Origin: an uncultured bacterium
Lineage (GTDB): Bacteria; Dictyoglomota; Dictyoglomia; Dictyoglomales; Dictyoglomaceae
Length of the DNA stretch: 64,000 bases
Direction: 5' to 3'
Assembly: GCA_938034905.1 (NCBI GenBank)
Contig: CALHLF010000010.1
Span: 6,108 to 70,107 of the forward strand
The notes beneath the pieces are model-generated. The model was not told where the DNA came from, ran no database searches, and worked only from the letters and a program-made list of their open reading frames with translations. Numbering within the stretch: the stretch's first letter is position 1; every line of letters begins with the position of its first letter. A program made the position numbers and the translations under genes. Of this stretch, positions 39,257-48,009 are shown one piece after another.

Positions 39257-39375
39257 TATACTACCTCCTCCGATTATAATTTCACGAAGAAACTTTTTAA
39301 TTTTAGGTAAGAGTATAACAATATCTTCCTCTTGTCAAGAAAAGAAAAAATTTAAGAAACAACGTATTTATTGGT

Positions 39376-39391
39376 AATAATTTAAATTATT
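39376..39391. promoter_or_regulatory. perfect 16-bp palindrome AATAATTTAAATTATT (candidate ROK operator)
   Basis: Self-complementary over all 16 nt. A related TAAATTTAAAT lies in the spacer of the ROK promoter (39439-39449). Confidence 0.3.
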
Positions 39392-39428
39392 TTTAGAATA
39401 TAGATTTTAAGACTTTTTATTTAGATGC

Positions 39429-39457
39429 TTGACAGAACTAAATTTAAATCTTAAAAT
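39429..39457 (+). promoter_or_regulatory. sigma-70-like promoter of the ROK regulator gene
   Basis: TTGACA (39429-39434), 17-nt spacer, TAAAAT (39452-39457). Confidence 0.55.
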
Positions 39458-39507
39458 TAATTCAAATTTCTTTCTTAATGAAATAAAATTTAAAGGGGTA
39501 GATTGTT

Positions 39508-40695
39508 ATGGTATTTATAAGAACAGGAGAGACAGGAAAAGTTGCCCAACAAAGGGAAATTAACAGAACAATTATATTAAATGGTTTTTTAAGATACAAA
39601 AATATATCAAGAACTGATTTGGCCAAAAGATTTAACCTCAGTAAAAGTACTGTAACTCGTCTTGTAAGTAACCTTATCTCTGAAAAGATGATAAAAGAGG
39701 TGGGAAGTATATCAAAGGGATTAGGAAGGAAGCCTATTACTTTAAGTTTAAATCCAGATTATAAAAAGGCTGTTGCTATAAAGATTGGAGTCACAATTTC
39801 CACTATAGCAAGAATAAATTTTGCCATGAAGATTGAAGATTATCTAAATTTCTCTACCCCAGAAGATCCCCAAGAATTTATTAATAATGTTGTTGAAGGT
39901 ATAGAGAAATTATTTCCAGAAAGTAAAGAAAAAATTCATGCCATAGGGATTGGAGTTCCTGGCATTGTAGATAATACTTTTCAAAATATAGTTATTGCCC
40001 CAAACTTGAGATGGAAGGATATTCCCTTAGCTTCTCTTTTAGGGGAAAAAATCAAAGAACATTTTAATATTAATGTTCCAGTAAAAATGGATAATGAAGC
40101 AAATTTAGCTGTGGTTGCCGAGGGAATGTTAGGGAAAAAGATAGGATATAATGATCTAAATATTGTTTATGTATTTATTGGGGAGGGTATTGGAACAGGT
40201 CTAATTATTGATGGCAAATTACATAGAGGAAATAAAAATACTGCAGGGGAATTTGGGCATATGGTTATATCTAAGAATGGAATTCCATGTAAATGTGGAA
40301 ACGAAGGATGTTGGGAAAGATATGCATCATTATCCAGTCCTGTAAGTAAGAATTTAGGAATTAATCTTAGAGAGGAAAAAATTGGAACAAAAGATGAAAA
40401 TCTTTTGAAGAACCTTGCTTATGAAATTTCTGTTGGAGTAATAAATATAGTAAATGGACTTAATCCTGATGTAATAATTCTTGGAGGACCTTTAATAACA
40501 TCAAAATTTATTTCCTTCTGGGAAGAGGTAAAGGATGAAATTGTAAAAAATGTAAAGAAATATAGTATTACCCCAGCAGCGGGAGAGGTAAGGATTGAAC
40601 TTACTTCATTTTTAGATTGCCCTGCAGAATTGGTTGGGGCTGGTATTTGGGCCTTTTGGGATATTTTTGAAGGGCCTGTTCTTTCTACAATCTAA
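39508..40695 (+). CDS. ROK family transcriptional repressor (NagC/XylR-like)
   Basis: N-terminal wHTH (ISRTDLAKRFNLSKSTVTRLV), ROK sugar-kinase fold and a Zn motif (GHMVI....CKCGNEGCWE). Confidence 0.85.
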   Translation: MVFIRTGETGKVAQQREINRTIILNGFLRYKNISRTDLAKRFNLSKSTVTRLVSNLISEKMIKEVGSISKGLGRKPITLSLNPDYKKAVAIKIGVTISTIARINFAMKIEDYLNFSTPEDPQEFINNVVEGIEKLFPESKEKIHAIGIGVPGIVDNTFQNIVIAPNLRWKDIPLASLLGEKIKEHFNINVPVKMDNEANLAVVAEGMLGKKIGYNDLNIVYVFIGEGIGTGLIIDGKLHRGNKNTAGEFGHMVISKNGIPCKCGNEGCWERYASLSSPVSKNLGINLREEKIGTKDENLLKNLAYEISVGVINIVNGLNPDVIILGGPLITSKFISFWEEVKDEIVKNVKKYSITPAAGEVRIELTSFLDCPAELVGAGIWAFWDIFEGPVLSTI

Positions 40696-41957
40696 TTTTC
40701 TATTATTTCAGGAATTGTGGAACTATATACTGGGGATCCCTTGTAATTTCCCACGAAATCGAAGAAAAATGCAAAATATTTTTTATTAATAGTGATTTCT
40801 ATTGCATTTTTTTCCAAAATCAATTTTTCAAATCTTGTCCATCTAAAATCCTTGGTATCATTTTCTGCATACCAGAGGGAAAGTTCCCCTGTGGAGTAAC
40901 CTTCTAAACTCACTTCAAATATTATTCTATTATTTATCTTTTTATATTCTGAAACAATCTTAGGAGGAAAGAATCTTTCTTTTATCCCATAATAAGCCAT
41001 TATGTAAGCTCCTATAAACCTTTCATTTGGAGTATGGCCTGTATTTGGCATCGCAATATAAAATTTTTCTCCTAAAAGCTCTGGAAAATATATTTTTCCT
41101 GCAGTAAGGGGCCAGTAGGGATCATTACTTCCCACAAGTATATATTTAGGAATTTTAAGATCCTCAATATAATAGTAAGGATCTACAATTTTTAATAACT
41201 TTATTGCCTTTTCTTCTTCCACTTTTTCCCTTGTTAGTCCCCTTCTTATATATGGCTCCAATTCATAGCTATAATTACCAAATTCCTCAATTTGAAGTTC
41301 CATATGTTTTTCTAAGTTTAATAAATTTATAGAGGAGGGAATAATTGCTTTAATTCTCTTATCACATGCAGATGATAGCCAACAGGTCCAACCTCTTTTA
41401 GAAACTCCCCCCACTATAAAAGAAATATTATTATTCTTAAAGTATTCATTTAAAAAAGTTAATGAAACAGAAACACTTTTTACCATAGGATATAACAAAA
41501 CCCATGTTGGATCTTCAGTTTCTAAGAACTTTTCAAAGGTATATGCAACAAGATTATCTTCTGTATATCCAAATAAAGGCTGATTAGGAATATCATAAAT
41601 AATTACTACAGGAATCTTAACAATATTTGATAGCTTTACCCCTTGAGTGAGTAATTCTCTATCAAAACTAAAACTTCCTCCTGTAAGATAAACAAATACA
41701 ATATCAGTTTCATATTTTGGGGGAAGAATAATTAGTAAATCATGCCTCCATGGGATTTCTCTCCAAACTTGAGAAAGAATATTAAAAAGATACATTTTTC
41801 CTGGAAATCCTAAAATAGAGGTATCAAAAGAGGATTTTTCAAATACTTCAAGATACTTCATATTTTCCTTTACAACCTCTTTGAGATTTGTAAAGGAGCT
41901 TGAAAAAGAAAGAGAAGAAAGAAAAATGAATAATATTAATATATTAAGTAACCTCAT
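40692..41957 (-). CDS. secreted alpha/beta hydrolase of the PhoPQ-activated pathogenicity-related (PqaA-like) family
   Basis: Signal peptide. GVSKRGWTCWLSSACDKRIKAIIP resembles the family's nucleophile-elbow region. Assignment is from memory of the family pattern. Confidence 0.55.
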   Translation of the reverse strand: MRLLNILILFIFLSSLSFSSSFTNLKEVVKENMKYLEVFEKSSFDTSILGFPGKMYLFNILSQVWREIPWRHDLLIILPPKYETDIVFVYLTGGSFSFDRELLTQGVKLSNIVKIPVVIIYDIPNQPLFGYTEDNLVAYTFEKFLETEDPTWVLLYPMVKSVSVSLTFLNEYFKNNNISFIVGGVSKRGWTCWLSSACDKRIKAIIPSSINLLNLEKHMELQIEEFGNYSYELEPYIRRGLTREKVEEEKAIKLLKIVDPYYYIEDLKIPKYILVGSNDPYWPLTAGKIYFPELLGEKFYIAMPNTGHTPNERFIGAYIMAYYGIKERFFPPKIVSEYKKINNRIIFEVSLEGYSTGELSLWYAENDTKDFRWTRFEKLILEKNAIEITINKKYFAFFFDFVGNYKGSPVYSSTIPEIIEN

Positions 41958-43654
41958 ATTCTCCTAAAATATGCATCGGTTATATATCTCTTCATCATTC
42001 TGTGAGTATTAAAATAGGACGCTATATTCCCGATAGAATTTTTCATCATTCTAATCCAGTTATCCGGTTGATTATAATACATAGGAATTATTATATATTC
42101 AAGCTTATTATACAAATCATCTATCTCTTCTTGTAAATGATTTTCTATGCTTCTTTCCTCCTTTGGAGAAGGGCCAATGGACCATCCCGTTACCCCTTCC
42201 AAACATCCTTCAATCCACCAACCATCAAGAACACTAAAATTAATTACTCCATTATGGGCTGCCTTCATTCCGCTGGTACCTGATGCTTCTAATGGCCTTT
42301 GAGGTGTATTAAGCCAAACATCAACTCCAGAGACAATTTTCTTTGCCATATCTATATTATAGTCCTGAAGATAGACAATAGCAATATCATTTTTTAATTC
42401 TTTAATATAATTAAAGATCTCTTTAATTAATCTTTTACCCTCCTCATCTCTTGGGTGAGCCTTCCCCGCATAGACGATTTGTAGTGGTCCCTTCCTTTTT
42501 ACCCTTCTTAAACGATTAAGATCTGAAAAAAGTAAATGGGGCCTCTTATATGCAGTGGCTCTTCTTGCAAATCCTAAGGTGAGAATGTTCTCATCAAATT
42601 TTACTTTTGTTTGAGAATATATTAAATCTATTAATTCCTTCTTTGCCTGCTGATGAGCCTCCCATAGCTTTTCATCGGGGATAATCTCTACCCTTGCTAA
42701 AAGTTCTGGTTCATTGGCCCATCCTGGAATATACTCATCATATAACTTTCTAAAACTTCCTGAAGTCCAAGTAAAGGAATGAACTCCATTGGTAATTGCA
42801 GATATTTTTCTACCCGGAAACATAGTAGAAGAAATTTCCTGATGTCTTTTAGCAACCCCATTTACATATCCCGAGAGATTTAAAGCTAAAAGGGTCATAT
42901 TTAGCTCCCTTTCTCCTCCAAATTTTGTTAGAAGATCATAAGAAATAAAATCTCCAAGAATCTTCTTTACTAAATCATAAGAAAACTTATCATGTCCTGC
43001 TTCCACTGGGGTATGGGTTGTAAAGACACATTTCTCTCTTACAGTTTCTAATCTCTCTTCTATAGGTCTTCCATCAGTTTTTTTAAGAAGTTCTAAGGTA
43101 AGTAATGCAGAATGTCCCTCATTTATATGATATTTCCTTATGTTAAGATTTAGTGCTTCTAAGACTCTAAATCCTCCAATTCCAAGAACAATCTCCTGTT
43201 TTAAACGATAGGCAGCATCTCCTCCATATAGATGATCTGTAATAATTCTATCCTCTTCTGAATTTTGAGGAAGATTTGTGTCTAAGAAAATAACAGGAAC
43301 AATATAGCCTGTATATGCAGTCCAATAATAAACCCATGGCTTAATAAAGACCTTTCTCCCTTCAATATCTACAGAAACCTCGATGGGCAAGGGAGTTAAA
43401 AATTTTTCAGGATCCCACTCACAGGGTAATTCTTTTTGAAAACCATCCTCTGTAATTACCTGCTTAAAGTATCCCTTTCTACTTATAAGGGTTACACCAA
43501 TAAAGGGAATATTAAGATCTCCAGCGGTTCTTATAACATCTCCTGCTAATACCCCTAATCCCCCACTATAGGTAGGGATCTCTGATATAAGAGCAATCTC
43601 CATTGAAAAATATGCAACAACTTGTTCCTTTTTTAATACCTCAAAGATATCCAT
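41954..43654 (-). CDS. glgP: alpha-glucan (glycogen/maltodextrin) phosphorylase, short GT35 type
   Basis: 566 aa with GGLGVLAGD, HINEGHSA and the EASGTSGMKAAHNG PLP-lysine motif. Confidence 0.9.
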   Translation of the reverse strand: MDIFEVLKKEQVVAYFSMEIALISEIPTYSGGLGVLAGDVIRTAGDLNIPFIGVTLISRKGYFKQVITEDGFQKELPCEWDPEKFLTPLPIEVSVDIEGRKVFIKPWVYYWTAYTGYIVPVIFLDTNLPQNSEEDRIITDHLYGGDAAYRLKQEIVLGIGGFRVLEALNLNIRKYHINEGHSALLTLELLKKTDGRPIEERLETVREKCVFTTHTPVEAGHDKFSYDLVKKILGDFISYDLLTKFGGERELNMTLLALNLSGYVNGVAKRHQEISSTMFPGRKISAITNGVHSFTWTSGSFRKLYDEYIPGWANEPELLARVEIIPDEKLWEAHQQAKKELIDLIYSQTKVKFDENILTLGFARRATAYKRPHLLFSDLNRLRRVKRKGPLQIVYAGKAHPRDEEGKRLIKEIFNYIKELKNDIAIVYLQDYNIDMAKKIVSGVDVWLNTPQRPLEASGTSGMKAAHNGVINFSVLDGWWIEGCLEGVTGWSIGPSPKEERSIENHLQEEIDDLYNKLEYIIIPMYYNQPDNWIRMMKNSIGNIASYFNTHRMMKRYITDAYFRRI

Positions 43655-43768
43655 ATTTGCCTCCTCTGGAAAAAAACTAAAAAGTTTCAGAATAATAATA
43701 ACTCAATTAAACCTAAATGTAAATAATTATAAAAAAGAAGTTTAATTTTAAATAATTTAAACTTATCC

Positions 43769-43797
43769 TTGCAAAAATTTAAAAATTAATTTATAAT
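43769..43797 (+). promoter_or_regulatory. sigma-70-like promoter of the DUF4097 gene
   Basis: TTGCAA (43769-43774), 17-nt spacer, TATAAT (43792-43797). Confidence 0.5.
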
Positions 43798-43840
43798 ATT
43801 GAAAAAGAATTTTTAAATAATTTTAAAGGAGGTTAAAAGT

Positions 43841-44614
43841 ATGGAGGAGGTAAGAAGAATTTTAAAAATGTTAGAAGAGGGAAAGATAACTGCAGAGGAG
43901 GCAGAGAAATTAATATCTGCCATTGAGGAGAAGGGTAAAAAGGATAAGGGAGTGTCCAGTTTGGGAAAGATTATAGGTGACTCGGTTTCTTCTGCTCTCT
44001 CTATTATTCCCGGAGTTTTAGGAAATGTTCTATCCTTTTCAGGAGAGGAGCTTTTAGAAGAAATAACTCTTTCCATAAATAGAGAGGAACCTTTAGAAGT
44101 AAATATTTCTGGTGGTGATTTAGATATTAAAACTGAAGAAAGGGATGAAATAATTTTAAAGGGAAAGGGAAGATATAACTTTAGTGAGAACAAACTTACT
44201 TTATCTGCTGGTAATTTTTTATTAACATTGCCAAAGCTTAAAGAATTTAAATTAATAATAAATGCAGGAGATTTTGATGGGGAGATTTGGGCAGATAAAA
44301 TCAATATTATTTTAAATGCAGGAGATGCAAATATTTTTTTAAGATCTTTGGAGATAAGTTGTTTTATAAATATGGGAGATATGGACATAAAATTAATGGA
44401 AAACCCCAAGAAGGCAACAATGAATTGCAATATGGGAGACCTCTCAATAATTCTTCCAGAAGATTTTGATGGAGTTATAATACCTAAGGTCTCCCTTGGT
44501 GATTTTTCTATGTTAAAAGAAGGCTATAAATATAAAGATAAAAAATACCTTTTTGGGGAAGGAGAAGGAGAAATTGAGATTTATTGTAAAATGGGAGATG
44601 TTTCAGTAAGATAA
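43841..44614 (+). CDS. YvlB/LiaG-like protein (SHOCT-like N-terminal helix + DUF4097 beta-helix)
   Basis: ILKMLEEGKITAEEAEKLISAIEE N-terminus and repetitive GD..I beta-strand repeats (NAGDFDGEI, NAGDANIFL, NMGDMDIKL, NMGDLSIIL, KMGDVSV). RBS AAAGGAGG. Confidence 0.65.
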   Translation: MEEVRRILKMLEEGKITAEEAEKLISAIEEKGKKDKGVSSLGKIIGDSVSSALSIIPGVLGNVLSFSGEELLEEITLSINREEPLEVNISGGDLDIKTEERDEIILKGKGRYNFSENKLTLSAGNFLLTLPKLKEFKLIINAGDFDGEIWADKINIILNAGDANIFLRSLEISCFINMGDMDIKLMENPKKATMNCNMGDLSIILPEDFDGVIIPKVSLGDFSMLKEGYKYKDKKYLFGEGEGEIEIYCKMGDVSVR

Positions 44615-45766
44615 ATTTTCAAAAACAACCTTTCCCTCCACAATGGTCATTTTAATTTGAAAATTGTTATCAAAAATAACAATATCAGCATCCTTTCCTA
44701 CCTCAAGACTTCCCTTCTTATTTTCTATTCCCAAAAGCATAGCAGGAGAATAGGATGCCATAAAAATAGCATCTTCCAATTTTACTCCCCCCATTTCCAT
44801 CATATTTTTAACAGCAATATTTAAAGTTAAAGTGCTTCCTGCAATAGTTCCATCAGAGAGGGTTGCTTTTCCCTTATTAACAATTACCCTTTGGCCTGCC
44901 AGTCTATATTCCCCATTGGGAAGGCCTGTGGCCATAATAGAATCCGTTATCAAAATTATTTTTTCCTTTGGCTTTACCTTTGCTAAGAGTTTCAGAATAT
45001 AAGAAGAGAGATGAATTCCATCTGCAATTGCTTCTATGCTTATTTCGTTTTTTACTAATGCCACCCCTATAATTCCCACTTCCCTATGATGAAGGGGACG
45101 CATTCCATTAAATATATGGGTAACATGAGATAATCCCAATGATATAGCTTTTTCTATATCGTAAGTGGTAGCATCAGTATGACCTGCAGATATTTTAATT
45201 CCCTTCTCTTTTAGATAATTTATAATCTCTATATTACCTTCAATTTCTGGTGCAAGAGTTACCAACTTTACATTTTTAGTTAATAATCTTTTTAAGACCT
45301 CAATATTTGGAGGTATTATACAATCTTCTCTTTGAGCTCCTTTATATTTTTTATTTAAAAATGGTCCTTCTAAATTTATTCCCAAAATTTTTGCTCCATT
45401 TATCCCCCTTTCTTGCTTTGAAATAAAATTCTCAATAACCCTTATTGCCTTTTCCATATCTTCCAATGGTGCAGTAAGAACTGTAGGAAGAAAACCTGTT
45501 GTTCCATTTTTTACAATAAAACTTGAAATCGTATCAAGGGCAGATTCTTCTCCATCAATAATATCTTTTCCAAAGGCTCCATGAATATGGATATCAATAA
45601 ATCCTGGAGATATAAAGTATTCTTTAAAATCAAGAACCTTCTTAAAATCTCTTAAATTTTTATTTTCCCCTACATATAGAATCTTATTTCCTTCTATTCC
45701 AATAGCTCCTCCTTCAATTATTTTATTAGGAGTGATAACTTTTCCCAAAATTAAAGTTTTTTCCAT
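44603..45766 (-). CDS. nagA: N-acetylglucosamine-6-phosphate deacetylase
   Basis: 387 aa with DIHIHGAFG, NLEGPF, AGHTDAT, HIFNGM and AIADGIH amidohydrolase motifs. Confidence 0.9.
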   Translation of the reverse strand: MEKTLILGKVITPNKIIEGGAIGIEGNKILYVGENKNLRDFKKVLDFKEYFISPGFIDIHIHGAFGKDIIDGEESALDTISSFIVKNGTTGFLPTVLTAPLEDMEKAIRVIENFISKQERGINGAKILGINLEGPFLNKKYKGAQREDCIIPPNIEVLKRLLTKNVKLVTLAPEIEGNIEIINYLKEKGIKISAGHTDATTYDIEKAISLGLSHVTHIFNGMRPLHHREVGIIGVALVKNEISIEAIADGIHLSSYILKLLAKVKPKEKIILITDSIMATGLPNGEYRLAGQRVIVNKGKATLSDGTIAGSTLTLNIAVKNMMEMGGVKLEDAIFMASYSPAMLLGIENKKGSLEVGKDADIVIFDNNFQIKMTIVEGKVVFENLSY

Positions 45767-45871
45767 AATTTTACCTCCTATAATTTTAAATCTCTTTTAA
45801 TAATGATATCATTCTTTTTCTTTGAAATTTAGTATTAAAATAATATATGGAAAGGATAGTGGGATTTTTTC

Positions 45872-46144
45872 TTAATAGACTTTTTTTAATCTATTTTTCC
45901 TTAATAGATAAAAATCTTTCTCTCTTAAAATCCCCATATATGTGGATATAAAAAGAATAATTTTTTCATCTTTGGGAAGTTTCAAAAATTTTTCTGAATT
46001 ATTGATAAACTCATCCTCAAGATTTTTCTTGATATATTCTGTTAAAAAGGGTAGTGGAAGTTTTAAAATATCAATGGGAATATTTAGTTTTTCAATAAAC
46101 TTTTTTATAGTTTTATCTTTAATTCTTTTCGTTCTTCCCCTCAA
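45872..46144 (-). CDS. doubtful 90-aa ORF (hypothetical)
   Basis: Only a TTG start and no SD. It overlaps, antisense, a TM-encoding plus-strand ORF that may be the true 5' end of the sensor gene. Confidence 0.2.
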   Translation of the reverse strand: MRGRTKRIKDKTIKKFIEKLNIPIDILKLPLPFLTEYIKKNLEDEFINNSEKFLKLPKDEKIILFISTYMGILREKDFYLLRKNRLKKVY

Positions 46145-46163
46145 AAGTAAAGATAAATTTTGA
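46074..46163 (+). other. candidate displaced 5' segment (signal-anchor helix) of the downstream sensor gene, out of frame by one base
   Basis: ATG at 46074 encodes MGIFSFSINFFIVLSLILFVLPLKSKDKF and ends at TTT TGA (46158-46163). A +1 shift there reads straight into FEGFSVDIIKEL of the sensor frame. Confidence 0.35.
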
Positions 46164-46230
46164 GGGATTTTCTGTAGATATTATTAAGGAACTTAGCAAG
46201 GAAATTAATAAAAATATAATTATTGAACTT

Positions 46231-48009
46231 ATGCCTTGGGAAGAGGCAGTTTCTAAATTAAGAAGGAGAGAAGTAGATGCTTGTGTAGTTAATTATTATG
46301 TTGCAAGATGGATAATTAATAAAAATGATTGGCAGGATAAATTAAAGATTCTTTCTGATAAACTTTTTACAAACTATGCAGGAATAGCTCTCCCAAAGAA
46401 TAGTCCCTATTTAATTGAGATCCAGAGGGGAATTTCAAAAATTATAAAAAGTCCAGTATATACCAATCTTATTTTAAAATGGTTTGGAGAAGAGATTATT
46501 TTAAAAGGAGAAGTAAAAAGGAAGGAGATTTTTAGTCAAATATTAGCTTATATTTTACTGCTATTATTTTTAATCTTATTAGGGATTTTATTAAGTCGAA
46601 GATATTTGAAAAAAGAGATTCATAGGCAAACCCTTTCTATTAGAAGTTTATACAACTTTCTAAAGGACACTTTCTCTAAGGAATTAGAAGAAATAGAAGG
46701 AATTTATTTTGAAAAATTAAAGGAGCTCTTTCCCAATTGTAATATAAGATATTTTAAAAAAGTGGATAGAGAATATTTATTAATTAGATCTTATCCAGAG
46801 GAGGAAAGTTATTCCATTAGTTTTGAAAAATTGATAGAAATTCAGGGAGAAAAATACTTTTTTAAGGATTCCGAAAGGGTATTTTCCTGTACTGTAATTG
46901 AAGGAAATATTGAGAAAAATAAGGAGATTTTTCAAATTTTATCCAAAGAATTTGAAAATCTTATGATAAGCTTTGAAGCAGAAAGAAAATTAAAACAATC
47001 TGAAGAATTAAATAATCTTTTAGATAGCTTTTCCTCCCTTATCTATAGGGAAAAAAGTTTAAACTTAGATGAGTTTTTAAAAAGAATTCTTAAATTCCTA
47101 CAAGCAGATACGGGCTCCCTTATGAGTTATTCAAGAGAGGAAGAGATTCTCAAAATAAAAGCAAGTGTGGGAATTTCCAATGATATCTCAGAAAAGACTA
47201 TTTTAAACTTAGGAGAAGGTATTGCAGGATGGATTGCTCAAAATAAAGTACCCTTAATTATAGAAGACATTTCTAAAGATGAAAGATTTAAAAACATTGA
47301 ATCTCGAATTAATATTAGATCTTCTATATCTTATCCCCTAATACATGAGGGAGAATTAGTGGGAGTTTTAAATATAAACAGTTTAAAAGAATCTAAAAAG
47401 TTTACAGAGGAAAATATCTCTCTAATAGATAGAATAGCTCCTCTTTTAGCTTTAGCTTTATATAGAGAGGAATTAAGGGAGAAGGTAAGACTATTAAATA
47501 GGGAGGCTCTCTTTATATTAGTCGAAGCTATAGAAGCACGGGATCCACTTAAATTAAGTGAGGAAGATCTAAAAAAATTGGAATATGCAAGCTATCTTCA
47601 TGATGTTGGAAAAATAAAGGTTCCTGACTTCATATTAAGAAAACCTGGAAGATTAAATGAAGAGGAGTATAATATTATAAAACTTCACACTTTATGGGGA
47701 GAAGAGATCGTTAAAAATTTTTCAGTTTTTAAAGGAATTAGCTCTATTATAAGATCCCATCATGAAAGATGGGATGGGAAAGGATACCCTGATGGATTAC
47801 GTAATGATGAAATTCCATTCTTTGCAAGAATAATTGCATTAATCGATAGCTTTCAGGCAATGACCTCTTTTAGACCCTATAGAAGAAAACTCACCCTAAA
47901 TGAAGCAATAGAGGAAATAAAGATAAATAGGGGTAAGCAATTTGACCCCTATTTATCAGAATTATTTATAGAATTGATTTTAGAAGAATATAAAAATTTA
48001 GTCCTCTAA
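46231..48009 (+). CDS. sensor protein: shortened SBP_bac_3-like domain - TM - GAF - HD-GYP (possibly frameshifted or degenerate)
   Basis: KWFG-terminated SBP-like segment, TM helix ILAYILLLLFLILLGILL, GAF domain (LGEGIAGWIAQNK.., GVLNINS), and HD-GYP domain (LHDVGK, HHERWDGKGYPDGL). No SD precedes the first ATG, and the homologous frame stays open upstream to 46123. Confidence 0.75.
   Translation: MPWEEAVSKLRRREVDACVVNYYVARWIINKNDWQDKLKILSDKLFTNYAGIALPKNSPYLIEIQRGISKIIKSPVYTNLILKWFGEEIILKGEVKRKEIFSQILAYILLLLFLILLGILLSRRYLKKEIHRQTLSIRSLYNFLKDTFSKELEEIEGIYFEKLKELFPNCNIRYFKKVDREYLLIRSYPEEESYSISFEKLIEIQGEKYFFKDSERVFSCTVIEGNIEKNKEIFQILSKEFENLMISFEAERKLKQSEELNNLLDSFSSLIYREKSLNLDEFLKRILKFLQADTGSLMSYSREEEILKIKASVGISNDISEKTILNLGEGIAGWIAQNKVPLIIEDISKDERFKNIESRINIRSSISYPLIHEGELVGVLNINSLKESKKFTEENISLIDRIAPLLALALYREELREKVRLLNREALFILVEAIEARDPLKLSEEDLKKLEYASYLHDVGKIKVPDFILRKPGRLNEEEYNIIKLHTLWGEEIVKNFSVFKGISSIIRSHHERWDGKGYPDGLRNDEIPFFARIIALIDSFQAMTSFRPYRRKLTLNEAIEEIKINRGKQFDPYLSELFIELILEEYKNLVL

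Noticed and set aside
43813-44430. 205-aa ORF on the minus strand
   Set aside because: It lies antisense within the well-supported YvlB/DUF4097 gene, which has an RBS and recognisable domains. Its product is low-complexity (S/F/I/K-rich), typical of shadow ORFs in AT-rich DNA.
47540-47545. GGATCC (BamHI site) exactly at the apparent HD-GYP deletion junction, hinting at an engineered deletion
   Set aside because: The site arises naturally from the conserved R-D-P codons (cgg gat cca). There is no other sign of manipulation.
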